A DNA stretch of 64,000 nt from a virus: positions 116,706 through 180,705 of the IMG/VR virus record IMGVR_UViG_3300005466_000024; one strand, 5' to 3'. Each line of letters begins with the position of its first letter. Position 1 is the first letter of the stretch. Shown here piece after piece: positions 27,199 through 36,843 of this stretch. The notes under the pieces are model-generated. The model had not been told where the DNA came from. It did not search any database and was given only the letters and a program-made list of their open reading frames with translations. A program made the position numbers and the translations under genes.

Positions 27199-27402
27199 TC
27201 AGGAGGAACACACCAGCAGTGCGTGCGGGTGCTTGCAGTCGCACGTGATCCGTTCGGTGCGCATGTCGCACTCGTGATCCCAGGTCGAGTCCCCGCACTG
27301 CGGGTCCGAACAGGGAACATCCCGCAGGTCGACGTGCAGACAGCCCTCGGCGTTGTGCTGGTAGATGCGGTGCGCACACCACGGGCAGAAGTTCCACCTC
27401 AA
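27199..27402 (-). CDS. small Cys/His-rich protein
   Basis: Many C/H pairs. Confidence 0.5.
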   Translation of the reverse strand: MRWNFCPWCAHRIYQHNAEGCLHVDLRDVPCSDPQCGDSTWDHECDMRTERITCDCKHPHALLVCSS

Positions 27403-27650
27403 AGCAGACCACCCGCCTCCCACTCGTTCTGCAGTCGCAGCAGGGTGCGGGCGGCATCCACTATCCGCCCCTCATTGCTCATCGTCAACGCGTAGGTCAA
27501 GCCCATCAGGAACCCGGTCGCGAACCCGGCCTTGTCGTTCTCGGATAGATCGTCGGCGGTCAGGATCAGTTGCACCCCGGCCAGCATCTCGTCACCGCAG
27601 TTCGGCCCCTCCGGCTCCTTGGCCAACGCGATCAGGTCGTCGAAGTTCAC
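27399..27650 (-). CDS. hypothetical protein
   Basis: 83-aa ORF. Confidence 0.55.
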   Translation of the reverse strand: MNFDDLIALAKEPEGPNCGDEMLAGVQLILTADDLSENDKAGFATGFLMGLTYALTMSNEGRIVDAARTLLRLQNEWEAGGLL

Positions 27651-27677
27651 TCGGGATCCACTCGAACCACCCGATCC

Positions 27678-27821
27678 TCACCCACCCAGCCCGTTACCCA
27701 GGTGGGTATTCCTGTCGACCCATTTGCGCAAACGATGCCCTGCTTTGTGGAGCAGGTAGATTGCGTGCGCGTAGGCAATGGCAAGGCCGATTGCCATACC
27801 GGTCGTGAATGTCCAGTTCAT
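27678..27821 (-). CDS. small membrane protein
   Basis: One TM helix. Confidence 0.45.
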   Translation of the reverse strand: MNWTFTTGMAIGLAIAYAHAIYLLHKAGHRLRKWVDRNTHLGNGLGG

Positions 27822-27849
27822 CACCGTGTCCTTCGCTCGGAAAATCCCA

Positions 27850-28431
27850 TCAGCGAATGAACACGAAGGCGACGTTGACGATGAACGCGAGGACCGCGAG
27901 GGCACCACAACTGAGCAGGGCCAGCGCACGGCGCTTGGGCGCAGGGATGACCTCGACGGGGTCCAGCACGGGTTTCGGGATCACCGCCAGTTCCTTGGAC
28001 GGCTCGGCTTCCCCGCGGGGTTCGGGCTCGTTGTGCGTTACCGTCGGATCGGTGCGGGCGAGGATCCGGTTCCCGAGCTCCATCATCAGCGCATCCAGAT
28101 CCATCGTCAGCGCATCGCGGTAGTAGTCGCCACCACGGTGGCTGTCGAAGAACATGCTGCGGCTGGGGCTGCAGTAGCAGTAGCTGCCCGGATAATCCTC
28201 GCCGAAGGGGTTGCTGTACGGGTCGGTGTACATCCGTATCCGGCGCACGTGGATCATCCCGTAGATGCGCTCAGTCTCGTCCATGGCGGCCCGGAAGTCC
28301 TCCATGGTGGGACGGAGCACGGGGCCGGGGCGCAGGATCAGTGCGTCGTTGGGGCGTGCCTCGTTGAGTTGATCGGTCATGATGGCCCTTTCAGGAGATG
28401 GAATATGGTCGAACTTACCTGTCGCGCTCAT
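27850..28431 (-). CDS. hypothetical protein with C-terminal TM anchor
   Basis: 193 aa. Confidence 0.6.
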   Translation of the reverse strand: MSATGKFDHIPSPERAIMTDQLNEARPNDALILRPGPVLRPTMEDFRAAMDETERIYGMIHVRRIRMYTDPYSNPFGEDYPGSYCYCSPSRSMFFDSHRGGDYYRDALTMDLDALMMELGNRILARTDPTVTHNEPEPRGEAEPSKELAVIPKPVLDPVEVIPAPKRRALALLSCGALAVLAFIVNVAFVFIR

Positions 28432-28693
28432 CTTTTGGTGCCAAAGTAATGTCCATATCGGAGGTGGCGAATACTGCTTTGAGGTCCGCTAATGCCATAC
28501 CCTCCAACGAGGTCCAGCAGGAGCATAGTTGCTTCGCGGAACAGGTTTCCCCGCAGTCTTCGCATTGCCACGGTGGGCAGTTTCCGCAGTGCTGGGGCGG
28601 GGTTGTACAGCTGGGGGTGCAGGAGTCGGACCGGCCGGTGCAGCCCGGTTGGCTGCACCCGGCCGCTGCCCCACAGCTCAGGCATCTAGTCAT
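28415..28693 (-). CDS. Cys-rich hypothetical protein
   Basis: Very Cys-rich 92-aa ORF. Confidence 0.5.
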   Translation of the reverse strand: MTRCLSCGAAAGCSQPGCTGRSDSCTPSCTTPPQHCGNCPPWQCEDCGETCSAKQLCSCWTSLEGMALADLKAVFATSDMDITLAPKDERDR

Positions 28694-28935
28694 GGTTCGC
28701 GTCGGCGCCGTTCCGTGCCGCCGCGACTGATGCAATTCGGATTGCGGCACTTACGGCCAACGACCGCACGCTTGAGGTGCTCGAACGCCTTGTCGGTTTG
28801 AGGTATGTCACCGGTGAGCTGAACACCGCAGTGACGGCAGTGAACGGTCCAGCGCGCGACCTCGCGGAGCTCGTAGTCACCGCCCAACGCACGATTCTTG
28901 AGGACTTCGTCCATGATCTCGTCAAAGGTTTTCAC
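28690..28935 (-). CDS. hypothetical protein
   Basis: CRHC..C..C; GTGA overlap. Confidence 0.5.
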   Translation of the reverse strand: MKTFDEIMDEVLKNRALGGDYELREVARWTVHCRHCGVQLTGDIPQTDKAFEHLKRAVVGRKCRNPNCISRGGTERRRREP

Positions 28936-29108
28936 GTTAGGTACCGATTGGTTCTGGTCTCGCGCCGGACCCGCGTTAGTGCGCGGCTGATCTGGTCGGC
29001 GTGCTTGATGATGTCGGCATCGGTATGACTGTGGAAGTACAACCGGTCCATCGCCTCCCATGCGTCGCCGATAGCGTTGCTGATCCGTTTCACGTTGTCG
29101 CCGTCCAC
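28932..29108 (-). CDS. small hypothetical protein
   Basis: 58-aa ORF. Confidence 0.45.
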   Translation of the reverse strand: MDGDNVKRISNAIGDAWEAMDRLYFHSHTDADIIKHADQISRALTRVRRETRTNRYLT

Positions 29109-29121
29109 CCAGCACTGACCA

Positions 29122-29463
29122 CTAGTCATTCCACTCCTCCAGGGCGCACAGCTTGCGCAGAGCGGCGCCATGACCCTCCAGCGCTTCCTCCTCGGTGTGG
29201 TAGCGCTCACCGAAGATCTCGCGAGGCTTCGGACCGAACACCATGGTCTCGAAGATCACCGGAGCGCCGTCACCGAAGGCGTGGTCGAGGCCGAGCCAAA
29301 CCGTCGACACCAGGACTGGGACATCCTTGACGACCATCGGATCCTGGGCCAGAACGACGTAGTTGCGGTTCTTGTGAAGCTCACCCCAGATCATGAGGGA
29401 GATCGGATTCCCCAACCGGTCGTAATACCCCGGCGCGTAGTTCATGTCATCGGGAATGGCCAT
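29122..29463 (-). CDS. hypothetical phage protein
   Basis: VSTVWLGLDH..IFETMVFG motif typical of phage hypotheticals. Confidence 0.7.
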   Translation of the reverse strand: MAIPDDMNYAPGYYDRLGNPISLMIWGELHKNRNYVVLAQDPMVVKDVPVLVSTVWLGLDHAFGDGAPVIFETMVFGPKPREIFGERYHTEEEALEGHGAALRKLCALEEWND

Positions 29464-29755
29464 CGACCTGGTCCGCGCGGTGTGTCTCCAGTCCCGAGAT
29501 CGGTTCTTGTAGAACGGTGTCGTAGTGCCAGCCGCAGTCCCAGCAGTCGGCACGATAGTCGAAGACCAGCACCAGTTTCTGATCCTTGGCCAGCAGGTAG
29601 TAGTCGATGTTCTCGCGCACGCTGCGGTCGTAGCCGCATTTCTCGGCGAGGTGGTCGATGACGCCTGAGGGCACCAGCGAGTACTGGTTGGGGCCGGTGT
29701 AGTCCAGCACGTCCGGGTGGCATTTCGGGCAAACCGTGCGACTGTCGGCGCTCAC
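29447..29755 (-). CDS. hypothetical protein
   Basis: CPKC and CWDC. Confidence 0.6.
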   Translation of the reverse strand: MSADSRTVCPKCHPDVLDYTGPNQYSLVPSGVIDHLAEKCGYDRSVRENIDYYLLAKDQKLVLVFDYRADCWDCGWHYDTVLQEPISGLETHRADQVDGHSR

Positions 29756-30135
29756 AGCTTCTCCCAACTGAACGGGTCGCCACCGAACTCGGGGTTCTCC
29801 TGCTGGGCCTGCTCGTACCTCAGCCGCCAGGTGCCGCCGACCGGGTGCCATTGGTGGTCCGAGTAGATCTGCCCGTCGTTGATCTGCGCCCGCACCACGG
29901 CGTGGATCGGGCAGTCGAGCAGCTCGCTGTCGATGCGTTCGCGCAGCGGGTGCTTGACGTTGAATGTCTCGGCGCCCTCATCGAACCGCACGATGTGCTC
30001 GATCTCGTTGTCCAGCAGCACATAGGCCACGCCGTCCGGGTTGGGACAGTCCGGGTTGGTGCACCGCAGGAACGCGTCGGGGCCGACCTCGGGGTCGGGG
30101 TGGCCGCACCAGGGGCAGTAGCCTTTGATCTTCAT
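29752..30135 (-). CDS. hypothetical protein
   Basis: CPWCG..C..C. Confidence 0.65.
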   Translation of the reverse strand: MKIKGYCPWCGHPDPEVGPDAFLRCTNPDCPNPDGVAYVLLDNEIEHIVRFDEGAETFNVKHPLRERIDSELLDCPIHAVVRAQINDGQIYSDHQWHPVGGTWRLRYEQAQQENPEFGGDPFSWEKL

Positions 30136-30141
30136 CGCTGG

Positions 30142-30534
30142 TTAGTCCACGACACCCCAGCCGGCGCCCGGCCACGACGGCTTCGCCGGGTACGACGCGA
30201 CGGGAAGGTTGTGCTGCGTCGGCATGTTGTTGTGCGGAGTGTCGGTCGAGTAGTCGATGGTGAAGACCGAGGATCCCAGCGTCCCCTCGTTGTCGGCGGG
30301 TTCCAGATCCTGGCCGCGCTGCTGACCGATGTCCTCGGCACCCTCGGCGTCACCGGCCGACCAACATGCTTTCGCGTTCGGTGCGAAACCGCCCCCGGCC
30401 GTCCCGCAGTTCCACGTCACGCTCGTGTCGCCGATCTCGTGACCGTCGGCTGCCGCGATCCCCGCACCCATCAGTACGGCCGCACTCCACGCGGCCGTGA
30501 TTACTACCGCTACCTGCCCGAATTTCCTCATCAT
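30142..30534 (-). CDS. secreted hypothetical protein
   Basis: Signal peptide ending AAA-D. Confidence 0.65.
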   Translation of the reverse strand: MMRKFGQVAVVITAAWSAAVLMGAGIAAADGHEIGDTSVTWNCGTAGGGFAPNAKACWSAGDAEGAEDIGQQRGQDLEPADNEGTLGSSVFTIDYSTDTPHNNMPTQHNLPVASYPAKPSWPGAGWGVVD

Positions 30535-30932
30535 TTCCTCCAGTGTTCCAAGGCCTCGGCCGAGACCTGGTTGAAACGGTCCAGCGATTCCTGATGCCGT
30601 GCTTCAGGACTCAGGCGCATCCGGCGGATGCGCTCGTCACGCTGCTCGGTGGCGATCGGGATGCCGGCACGGGTCAGGGAAGTCTGCAGATCCTTGATGT
30701 CGCCGTCGAGTCTCTGGGTGATTTCGTAGGTGGCGAGCCGCACGATGATCAGCTGGACACACAGCTTCTGGATGCGTCTGGCCAGCACGATGACGCAGCC
30801 TGTCAGGATCGATACCCCGATAGCCATAGCCAGGACGACAACGACGGGGTCGATACCACCGGGCGGATTGGCCAGACTCTGCACCAGTTCGTGCTGTTGC
30901 GCCAGATCGACGGTGCGTTGGTCGAGTGCCAT
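30531..30932 (-). CDS. membrane protein (TM plus coiled coil)
   Basis: ATG 5 nt below TATAGT, likely leaderless. Confidence 0.65.
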   Translation of the reverse strand: MALDQRTVDLAQQHELVQSLANPPGGIDPVVVVLAMAIGVSILTGCVIVLARRIQKLCVQLIIVRLATYEITQRLDGDIKDLQTSLTRAGIPIATEQRDERIRRMRLSPEARHQESLDRFNQVSAEALEHWRK

Positions 30933-30937
30933 GACTC

Positions 30938-30954
30938 ACTATATCACGACTATG
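30938..30954 (-). promoter_or_regulatory. tandem TATAG motif (CATAGTCGTGATATAGT)
   Basis: Repeated motif directly above ATG. Confidence 0.7.
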
Positions 30955-31141
30955 GGACATCCAACACTGCTGGCGTGACGTAATGGTCGTCGCACATGTT
31001 GCCCTCCTCGGTGAAGTGGGTGGCCCGCCGGTGGATGCCGGCGTCACGACACACTGCGCAGCTCTCGGCGTACCGGCGGGCCAGATCCCGCCGGTACCTG
31101 TCCGCCTTGGGGCCGAGCGGGCAGCGGCAGTAGCGGCTCAC
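30950..31141 (-). CDS. small hypothetical protein
   Basis: Cys-containing; GTGA overlap. Confidence 0.45.
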   Translation of the reverse strand: MSRYCRCPLGPKADRYRRDLARRYAESCAVCRDAGIHRRATHFTEEGNMCDDHYVTPAVLDVP

Positions 31142-31956
31142 CCCCGCTCTTCCCACCATTGCCGGTAGATGTGCACCAGGAGGGTGTTGATCTTTTCGTA
31201 GTCGGGGAACGCGGGCAATGGGGACTCACTGATCGCGGCGACCAGCTGGCGCTCCAGCGAGTCGATGTGGTGCACCGCCTGATCACGGTTCATCGATCCT
31301 TCGCGCACCCCGATCAGGAATTGCCGGTCCTCCTCGATCATGGGCAGCGTGATCCGGCCGGTACGCATCAGTTCGGTTCCCTGCATGGCGATGCGCATGG
31401 CGTGGGACGCGAATTTCGTGTCGAGCCCGTACTGCTCCACCAGCTCGGGCCGGTTGGTGCGCTGGGACCGCTCACCCAGCAGGCGGGATCGTTGCCGGTT
31501 GAGGTATCCCAGGAAACGTTGGCCGTGCTCCCGGGCGATGAACAGGTGTGCCTGCTGCCGGATCTTCTTGCCCGGCCAGTCGATGTACTCGAGCTTGACC
31601 GTCGGGGTGAACAGCGGCAGCAGATGGGTCGGGTTGCCGTCCATGACCAGCCGCATCCACTTGCGGAGGGAGTAGATGTTGAGATCCAGGTCGCCGCGCC
31701 CGGACCGCACCCCGTTGGGTTTGCTGCGGTACTCGTAGAGCGAGAACCCCTCCAGGGAAGCCACCACCTCCAGCGGTTCCACGCACACCCCCTGCTGGTC
31801 ACGGTCATCACCGCCGACCGCGATGCCGTGCAGGTTGCTGCCGGCCTCCGACAGCAGGATCAGGTTCTCGCTGGCGATCTTCCAGCAGCGTTCGTTGCTG
31901 TGCGGGGTGATCGTCAGTGAGCCCAGTGGCAGCCGGTATCCGGTGATCCCACTCAT
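31138..31956 (-). CDS. Pol-beta superfamily nucleotidyltransferase (phage type)
   Basis: AGSNLHG (GS motif), DDRDQQG, GDLDL, GNPT, KFASHAMR. Confidence 0.85.
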   Translation of the reverse strand: MSGITGYRLPLGSLTITPHSNERCWKIASENLILLSEAGSNLHGIAVGGDDRDQQGVCVEPLEVVASLEGFSLYEYRSKPNGVRSGRGDLDLNIYSLRKWMRLVMDGNPTHLLPLFTPTVKLEYIDWPGKKIRQQAHLFIAREHGQRFLGYLNRQRSRLLGERSQRTNRPELVEQYGLDTKFASHAMRIAMQGTELMRTGRITLPMIEEDRQFLIGVREGSMNRDQAVHHIDSLERQLVAAISESPLPAFPDYEKINTLLVHIYRQWWEERG

Positions 31957-32516
31957 GGCCCTCCCATGACCACGTCGTACAGTGCCCGGGTCCAGAGGAC
32001 GTCACCCATGGCGGTGTGGCGAGCATAGTCGTCGGGGTCGACGCCGAGCCGCCGCGACACGTCGTTGGAGTCCCACGGTGCGGTGACGATGATGCCCCGC
32101 CCGGCCAGCCAGCCGATGGCGCGGTTCTCCATCTCGATGAGGTGGTAGTGCCAGGGTTCCTCGAGTTCGTAGCGAGCCAGCAGCTGCCGGGTGAGACGTT
32201 CGGTGTCGAACCAGGTGATGGCACCCACTACGTGGGTGCCCTTGATGATGTCGTGGATCATGGTGGCCGCCAGCCAGGGAGCGACGGCCCGGTCGGGCCG
32301 GTAGCGGGCCTCGTAGTCGCGCCGGAACTTCTCGGGCAACTCATCGACCCAGTGACCGGGATCGTGCTGGATCATGATCTCCACGATCGCGTCGGGGATG
32401 TGGGGGTCGGCGAAGCGCCGGATGGCGGCGAACTCCCAGATCGGGGCTGCTGGATCCCGGCCCAGGGTTTCGGTATCCATGAAGGTGAGGTCACTGACCT
32501 CGCTGCTGCTACTCAC
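31953..32516 (-). CDS. DEDDh 3'-5' exonuclease/exoribonuclease
   Basis: FMDTETLG, WFDTERL, HTAMGDV. Confidence 0.85.
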   Translation of the reverse strand: MSSSSEVSDLTFMDTETLGRDPAAPIWEFAAIRRFADPHIPDAIVEIMIQHDPGHWVDELPEKFRRDYEARYRPDRAVAPWLAATMIHDIIKGTHVVGAITWFDTERLTRQLLARYELEEPWHYHLIEMENRAIGWLAGRGIIVTAPWDSNDVSRRLGVDPDDYARHTAMGDVLWTRALYDVVMGGP

Positions 32517-32755
32517 GACTCTCCTGTCCAACCACGCGGCACGGCCAGCGCGGTGCAGTCCGGGAACACGTCGACTTCGATGGAATCTCCGGGCTGCCAG
32601 TCGATCTCGGTGGCGATGCCCCACCGGTAGATGATCTTGCCGTCATCGTTGACCGAGGTGCCGTGGTATTCGAGTTCCACCGGGATGCGCTGGCCGTCGG
32701 GGTGTACGACGGACACTCCCTGCGGGGCGAGCAGTGGGATCGGGCCGTCGGTCAT
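32513..32755 (-). CDS. small hypothetical protein (paralogue of 22526..22738)
   Basis: Shared motifs with 22526..22738. Confidence 0.6.
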   Translation of the reverse strand: MTDGPIPLLAPQGVSVVHPDGQRIPVELEYHGTSVNDDGKIIYRWGIATEIDWQPGDSIEVDVFPDCTALAVPRGWTGES

Positions 32756-32767
32756 GCGGGCAGGACG

Positions 32768-33190
32768 TCAGTCATCGGGAACCCCCATCTTGCGTAACTC
32801 CTCGTCGGTCACGGGGTGTGCACGTTCGTGGTGCGTGGCCTGGCAGCCGCGCACCCATTTCTTGCCCTGCCGCGTCCACCGGCACAACCCGGCGTCGTCG
32901 CCGCCCAGGGTGATCGTCTTGCCGCAGTGGGTGCAGCGCCCGCCGGCGATCAGTTTGCGGGCCAGCGCCTCGACCGCCTCCACCGGACCGACGTGGTGTT
33001 CGGCGGCGATGCGTGTCCCATGGAACTGGGCGTACGCGTACCAGTTGGGTTCACCGACTGGCACGTCGTCATCGAGGTAGCCGATTTCGGTGCGGCGGGC
33101 CCCGGTACGGCCGATCACGTCGAGGGCGGCGTCCAGAGCGTCCTCATCGAGTTCCACTGGTCGCCCACCGTGGTCGATCGGCTCTTTCAT
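32768..33190 (-). CDS. hypothetical protein
   Basis: CTHCG..C..C; GAAGGG RBS. Confidence 0.65.
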   Translation of the reverse strand: MKEPIDHGGRPVELDEDALDAALDVIGRTGARRTEIGYLDDDVPVGEPNWYAYAQFHGTRIAAEHHVGPVEAVEALARKLIAGGRCTHCGKTITLGGDDAGLCRWTRQGKKWVRGCQATHHERAHPVTDEELRKMGVPDD

Positions 33191-33384
33191 GGGTTTCCCT
33201 TCACCCCCACCGGTTCCCGGGTCGGACATCCGCAGAGCAGCACGGGGTTCAGTGCCGTCACCCGGCCACACTCCCCGCGGTGCAGCCGCCACGCGTGGCG
33301 GCAATCGGGGCACCTTTGTGCGACGGGGAGGGAGGCCTCCAGCGCCGCTAGGAAACCCAGCGCCGCCACCCGATCCCCGGTCAC
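33187..33384 (-). CDS. small hypothetical protein
   Basis: CPDCRH..H..C; GGAGGAG RBS. Confidence 0.5.
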   Translation of the reverse strand: MTGDRVAALGFLAALEASLPVAQRCPDCRHAWRLHRGECGRVTALNPVLLCGCPTREPVGVKGNP

Positions 33385-33494
33385 ATCGACTCCTCCGGGG
33401 TGTTCTCCTCCGGGTCGATGCCCATCACTTCACAGATGCAGCCCTGGCCGGTCCAGTACGTGCACAGCTCGGCTCGGCAGTTCCTGCTCACAGC

Positions 33495-33743
33495 TCACCT
33501 CCACGCCGACTCCGCATTGGTCGGTCCGAGATACCTTTCGAGAACCGCATGCGCCTCCTCCTCGTTGCATGGCTGCCAGTCGCCAGTGAAGATGACGCTC
33601 GCTGTCAGGTTGGGCCTCTCGGCCCAACCACCCGTGCGGAACTGGAAGGTCTCCGCCTTGGCGTGGAGGAGCGCGGCGCAATCATCGAGCCGGACATCAG
33701 TATGGACGCGAATGACGCGGTGACCGTCGGTGAAGAATCGCAT
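33495..33743 (-). CDS. small hypothetical protein
   Basis: AGGAG RBS. Confidence 0.5.
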   Translation of the reverse strand: MRFFTDGHRVIRVHTDVRLDDCAALLHAKAETFQFRTGGWAERPNLTASVIFTGDWQPCNEEEAHAVLERYLGPTNAESAWR

Positions 33744-33762
33744 GACCTTCTTGCTCCTTTCG

Positions 33763-34140
33763 CTATAGCGCTGATCCAACTCGCAGCACCTCGAGCAGGT
33801 GGTCGACGGTGAAGGGTTTCTCACCGCGACGCGCGCAGTGGCACACGATCTCGCCGAACGCCATGAGGATTTCCGGGTAGTGCCGGCTCATGGCGGCGCG
33901 GATCTGGTCCTCGGTGAAGCTGGCGGCACCCGCTGTGTAGGCGTGACAGTTCCCGCAGTAACCTGCCTTGATATCGTTTTCGTTGTAGCTGGTGCGGTGA
34001 CATACCGGGCAGGTGATCTTGCGGACGCCCGGGTTCTTCGGTGGTTTCCCACTGGGGCAGCCGTACTCGCGGCCGTCCCAGCACCACTCGTGTGGTTTCG
34101 GTTTCCGGCAGCCGCTGCACAGTTCGATGGTCGCAGCCAT
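33763..34140 (-). CDS. Zn-finger-rich hypothetical protein
   Basis: CPVCHRTSYNENDIKAGYCGNCH. Confidence 0.65.
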   Translation of the reverse strand: MAATIELCSGCRKPKPHEWCWDGREYGCPSGKPPKNPGVRKITCPVCHRTSYNENDIKAGYCGNCHAYTAGAASFTEDQIRAAMSRHYPEILMAFGEIVCHCARRGEKPFTVDHLLEVLRVGSAL

Positions 34141-34178
34141 GCCCTTCCCTCCCGCGACGTGACTGTGGCGCTACTGTA

Positions 34179-34556
34179 TCATCGTTCTCCGATTTCCTCG
34201 GCGAGCACGTCGGCAGGGATGTAGGTGCGCAGGTGCTTGGGGATCGCCTCGATACGGCGCAGCGCTTCGGGGGTGCCGCGGATGTCGACGGCCGGGCCGA
34301 TAGGGGCCTGCTCGGCCGCGGTGAGGCGGCGACGCAGGTGGTAGGCGTAGCCGCTCCATTCGCGCCATTCCCCGAGCGTCGGGTCACCCAGCCCGGCCAG
34401 GGCCTGCTCGGCGCGTTGCCTGCACAGGGTGGCCCCGTAGAACGGCCGCAAAGGGTGTACCGATACGTGCCACACCGGCCCGGGTGGCAGCACCCCTACG
34501 GGTGGGCCGGCGACCTGCTCCCCGAACGCTATCGACGCCGGACGACCGCCCGACAT
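34179..34556 (-). CDS. hypothetical protein
   Basis: 125-aa ORF. Confidence 0.6.
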   Translation of the reverse strand: MSGGRPASIAFGEQVAGPPVGVLPPGPVWHVSVHPLRPFYGATLCRQRAEQALAGLGDPTLGEWREWSGYAYHLRRRLTAAEQAPIGPAVDIRGTPEALRRIEAIPKHLRTYIPADVLAEEIGER

Positions 34557-34854
34557 GACTTCCAGTCATTCGTAGCCGCTGTTGACGGTGAGGACCACCG
34601 AAAAGCTGCGGTCTGCGGTCCGGAAGTGGGGGTGTAGCGTTTCGGCCGCCAGCCGACAGTGGTGCGTCAACGCGATGTCGGCCGCACTCATCCGGGCCAT
34701 GGGTGTTCTTACGTCGGCTCGGGCTGCAGCGCAACGAAGAAACGCGTGGTTGCTTCCGGTGCAGGGCATCGGCCGTCGGGGATCAGGTGATCACCGAACC
34801 CCTTGCCGCAGTGGTCGCAAACCAGGGACGAGCTGTTCCCCACGTGGTCCTCCG

Positions 34855-35106
34855 TTACGGTATGACGGCGATCTTGCTCATGAAGTTCTCCCAGCTGCCA
34901 CCGATGCCGCCGACACCGACCTTGCCGCTGTCCTTGCCGGGCCATATCTTGCCCCACACATCGCCATTGACGCTGGTGACGATGTTCTTCCACGGGTCGA
35001 TGACGCACGGCGCCGAGCAGCTGACGGTCGGTTCTGCCGTGGCCGGCGCGGCCAGGCCCACGGCCAGCGCGGCGCTGGCGAGTGCGGTGGTGATGATTTT
35101 CTTCAT
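34855..35106 (-). CDS. small secreted protein
   Basis: Signal peptide MKKIITT..ATA-E. Confidence 0.7.
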   Translation of the reverse strand: MKKIITTALASAALAVGLAAPATAEPTVSCSAPCVIDPWKNIVTSVNGDVWGKIWPGKDSGKVGVGGIGGSWENFMSKIAVIP

Positions 35107-35142
35107 GGTGGCACTTCCTGTGTATCTGCTGGGCCCTCAAGC

Positions 35143-35532
35143 CTACGGGACCCGGCCACTCGTCTCCACAGTGCGCAGGAGGCGCCAGGCCGGATTGGCC
35201 GCTTCGACGTACGCCGAGAATTCGGCGAGGGCGTCGCGCAACCAATCCGGTGTTTCGCCCTCGTGGGTCTTGGTGTCGAGCCCGTTGCGGGCACGGTACC
35301 AGCCGCCACCCTCGGCGTAGAGGTCGGCCGTGATGGACCTTGCACCCGCCACCCAGTAGAACGCCAGGTCACCATCGTCGATCGGTCCGATGGACGCGAA
35401 GACCGATGACGGCTGGAAGATCAGGTCCACGAGTTCGCGGCCACGCTGGGCCATCTCCGCGGTGATCAGGTGTTCGCGTTCGAGGTGCAGGATGTCCTGC
35501 ATCGCCCAGTCGATCGAGTTGTTGCTCATCAC
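35143..35532 (-). CDS. hypothetical protein
   Basis: 129 aa; GGGAGGG RBS. Confidence 0.65.
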   Translation of the reverse strand: MMSNNSIDWAMQDILHLEREHLITAEMAQRGRELVDLIFQPSSVFASIGPIDDGDLAFYWVAGARSITADLYAEGGGWYRARNGLDTKTHEGETPDWLRDALAEFSAYVEAANPAWRLLRTVETSGRVP

Positions 35533-35900
35533 CCTCCCATTTCGACCGGACAGTCCTGGAATGCCGCCTCGAGAGTGTGTTGCACCGTTTCCTGCGTACT
35601 CAGTCCGTACGACGACCGGTTCTGTGCGTCTCGCAGCAAGCTCTCTCGAAACAGGTCCAGGTGAACGCCGCAGAGGGTTTTCGGGCCCATGAGACGCTCC
35701 TGTCCGTCAGATGATTTGGAGCGGTAGTAGACGTGATAGACGGATGAGCTATCGCCACCGTGGTATTGGCTACACCCTGGTACATGTCGGGCCTCCACGA
35801 AGACATCATCCTTAGCGTTGGCTGTACCGCAACAACGCCGCCATGCCTCCTCTGGACGCCGTAGCCCGCGGCAAATCTTGTTGATCGAGGTGTTACTCAT
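35529..35900 (-). CDS. hypothetical protein
   Basis: 123 aa, lower GC. Confidence 0.5.
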   Translation of the reverse strand: MSNTSINKICRGLRRPEEAWRRCCGTANAKDDVFVEARHVPGCSQYHGGDSSSVYHVYYRSKSSDGQERLMGPKTLCGVHLDLFRESLLRDAQNRSSYGLSTQETVQHTLEAAFQDCPVEMGG

Positions 35901-36216
35901 TACGGGCCCAGTCCTCCAGCTCGGAATCGGTGACGCCCAGGGCCTCGAGTGCATCGCGAGTGTCCTGTTCCAGGGCTTCCTCTTCGGAGCGCCCACCACA
36001 ACAGAGCTCGCCAACTACCGCCATCGACAACCCCAAGATGTGGGCAATGGCGTCGCCACGTGTCATCCTCGGCCCACCGTCCTGACTGGGTGCGTCCTCG
36101 CGTGCTGCGTTCAGCACCATGTCGTATGTCCATCCACAGCCGGGTGGGCTGTCCTGCGGGGTTTGTCCGTGAGCGGATGCGTCGTTTCCGCATCGGATGC
36201 ACTGGGTGCCGGTCAT
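35893..36216 (-). CDS. hypothetical protein
   Basis: ATGA overlap. Confidence 0.55.
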   Translation of the reverse strand: MTGTQCIRCGNDASAHGQTPQDSPPGCGWTYDMVLNAAREDAPSQDGGPRMTRGDAIAHILGLSMAVVGELCCGGRSEEEALEQDTRDALEALGVTDSELEDWARNE

Positions 36217-36491
36217 GTGAACACCGCCGCCGGGTTGACCATCCAGTCGATGACCCGATCGGCCTTGCCGCTGAACCTGCCCGAGATCCACCGCGCGGGC
36301 GTGCCCAGTGTGGGCGAGGTGAGGCGGGCTCGGGCGACACCGTTCGCCGCGGTGAAGTAGATGCGCACCGTGTACCCGTCTCGCTCGTATTGCGTGTGCC
36401 AGTCGCCGATGTCCGGTTTCTGGTCGGCCGTGCAAGTAACCGTCCATCCGGTGCGCTTCGCGTGCAGCGAGATGCGATCACGGCCGGTCAT
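36213..36491 (-). CDS. hypothetical protein
   Basis: 92-aa ORF. Confidence 0.55.
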   Translation of the reverse strand: MTGRDRISLHAKRTGWTVTCTADQKPDIGDWHTQYERDGYTVRIYFTAANGVARARLTSPTLGTPARWISGRFSGKADRVIDWMVNPAAVFT

Positions 36492-36813
36492 CGGATCGTC
36501 CCCGGTGCGAATTCCTTCTGGGTGGTGCGAATTCCTTCCGCGCCTCTGCCAGCAGGTGTCGGGCCTTGGGCACCGCGGCCTCTTGCAGCCGGTACGTGAT
36601 CCGTGACGGCCCACCGCTCCGCGATGAGGCCTCGGGATCGTCGGATCGGTCCAGCCAGCCGGCGGTCCGCAAGCGCGCGAGGATCTGGTAGGTCTTCGCG
36701 CTGCTGAAGCGGGTCGCTTTCATCAGCTGGTAGCCGTACTGCGGTTCCTCGAGGTCGTCGAGGAATGCCGTGAGGATCCGCAGAACCGCCATCGTGGGTC
36801 GTATGTCCTGCAT
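36478..36813 (-). CDS. PadR-family transcriptional regulator
   Basis: YGYQLMKATRFSSAKTYQILARLRTAGWL..RITYRL. Confidence 0.85.
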   Translation of the reverse strand: MQDIRPTMAVLRILTAFLDDLEEPQYGYQLMKATRFSSAKTYQILARLRTAGWLDRSDDPEASSRSGGPSRITYRLQEAAVPKARHLLAEARKEFAPPRRNSHRGRSDDRP

Positions 36814-36843
36814 GCCTCATCATAACCAAATCTCTTACATACG

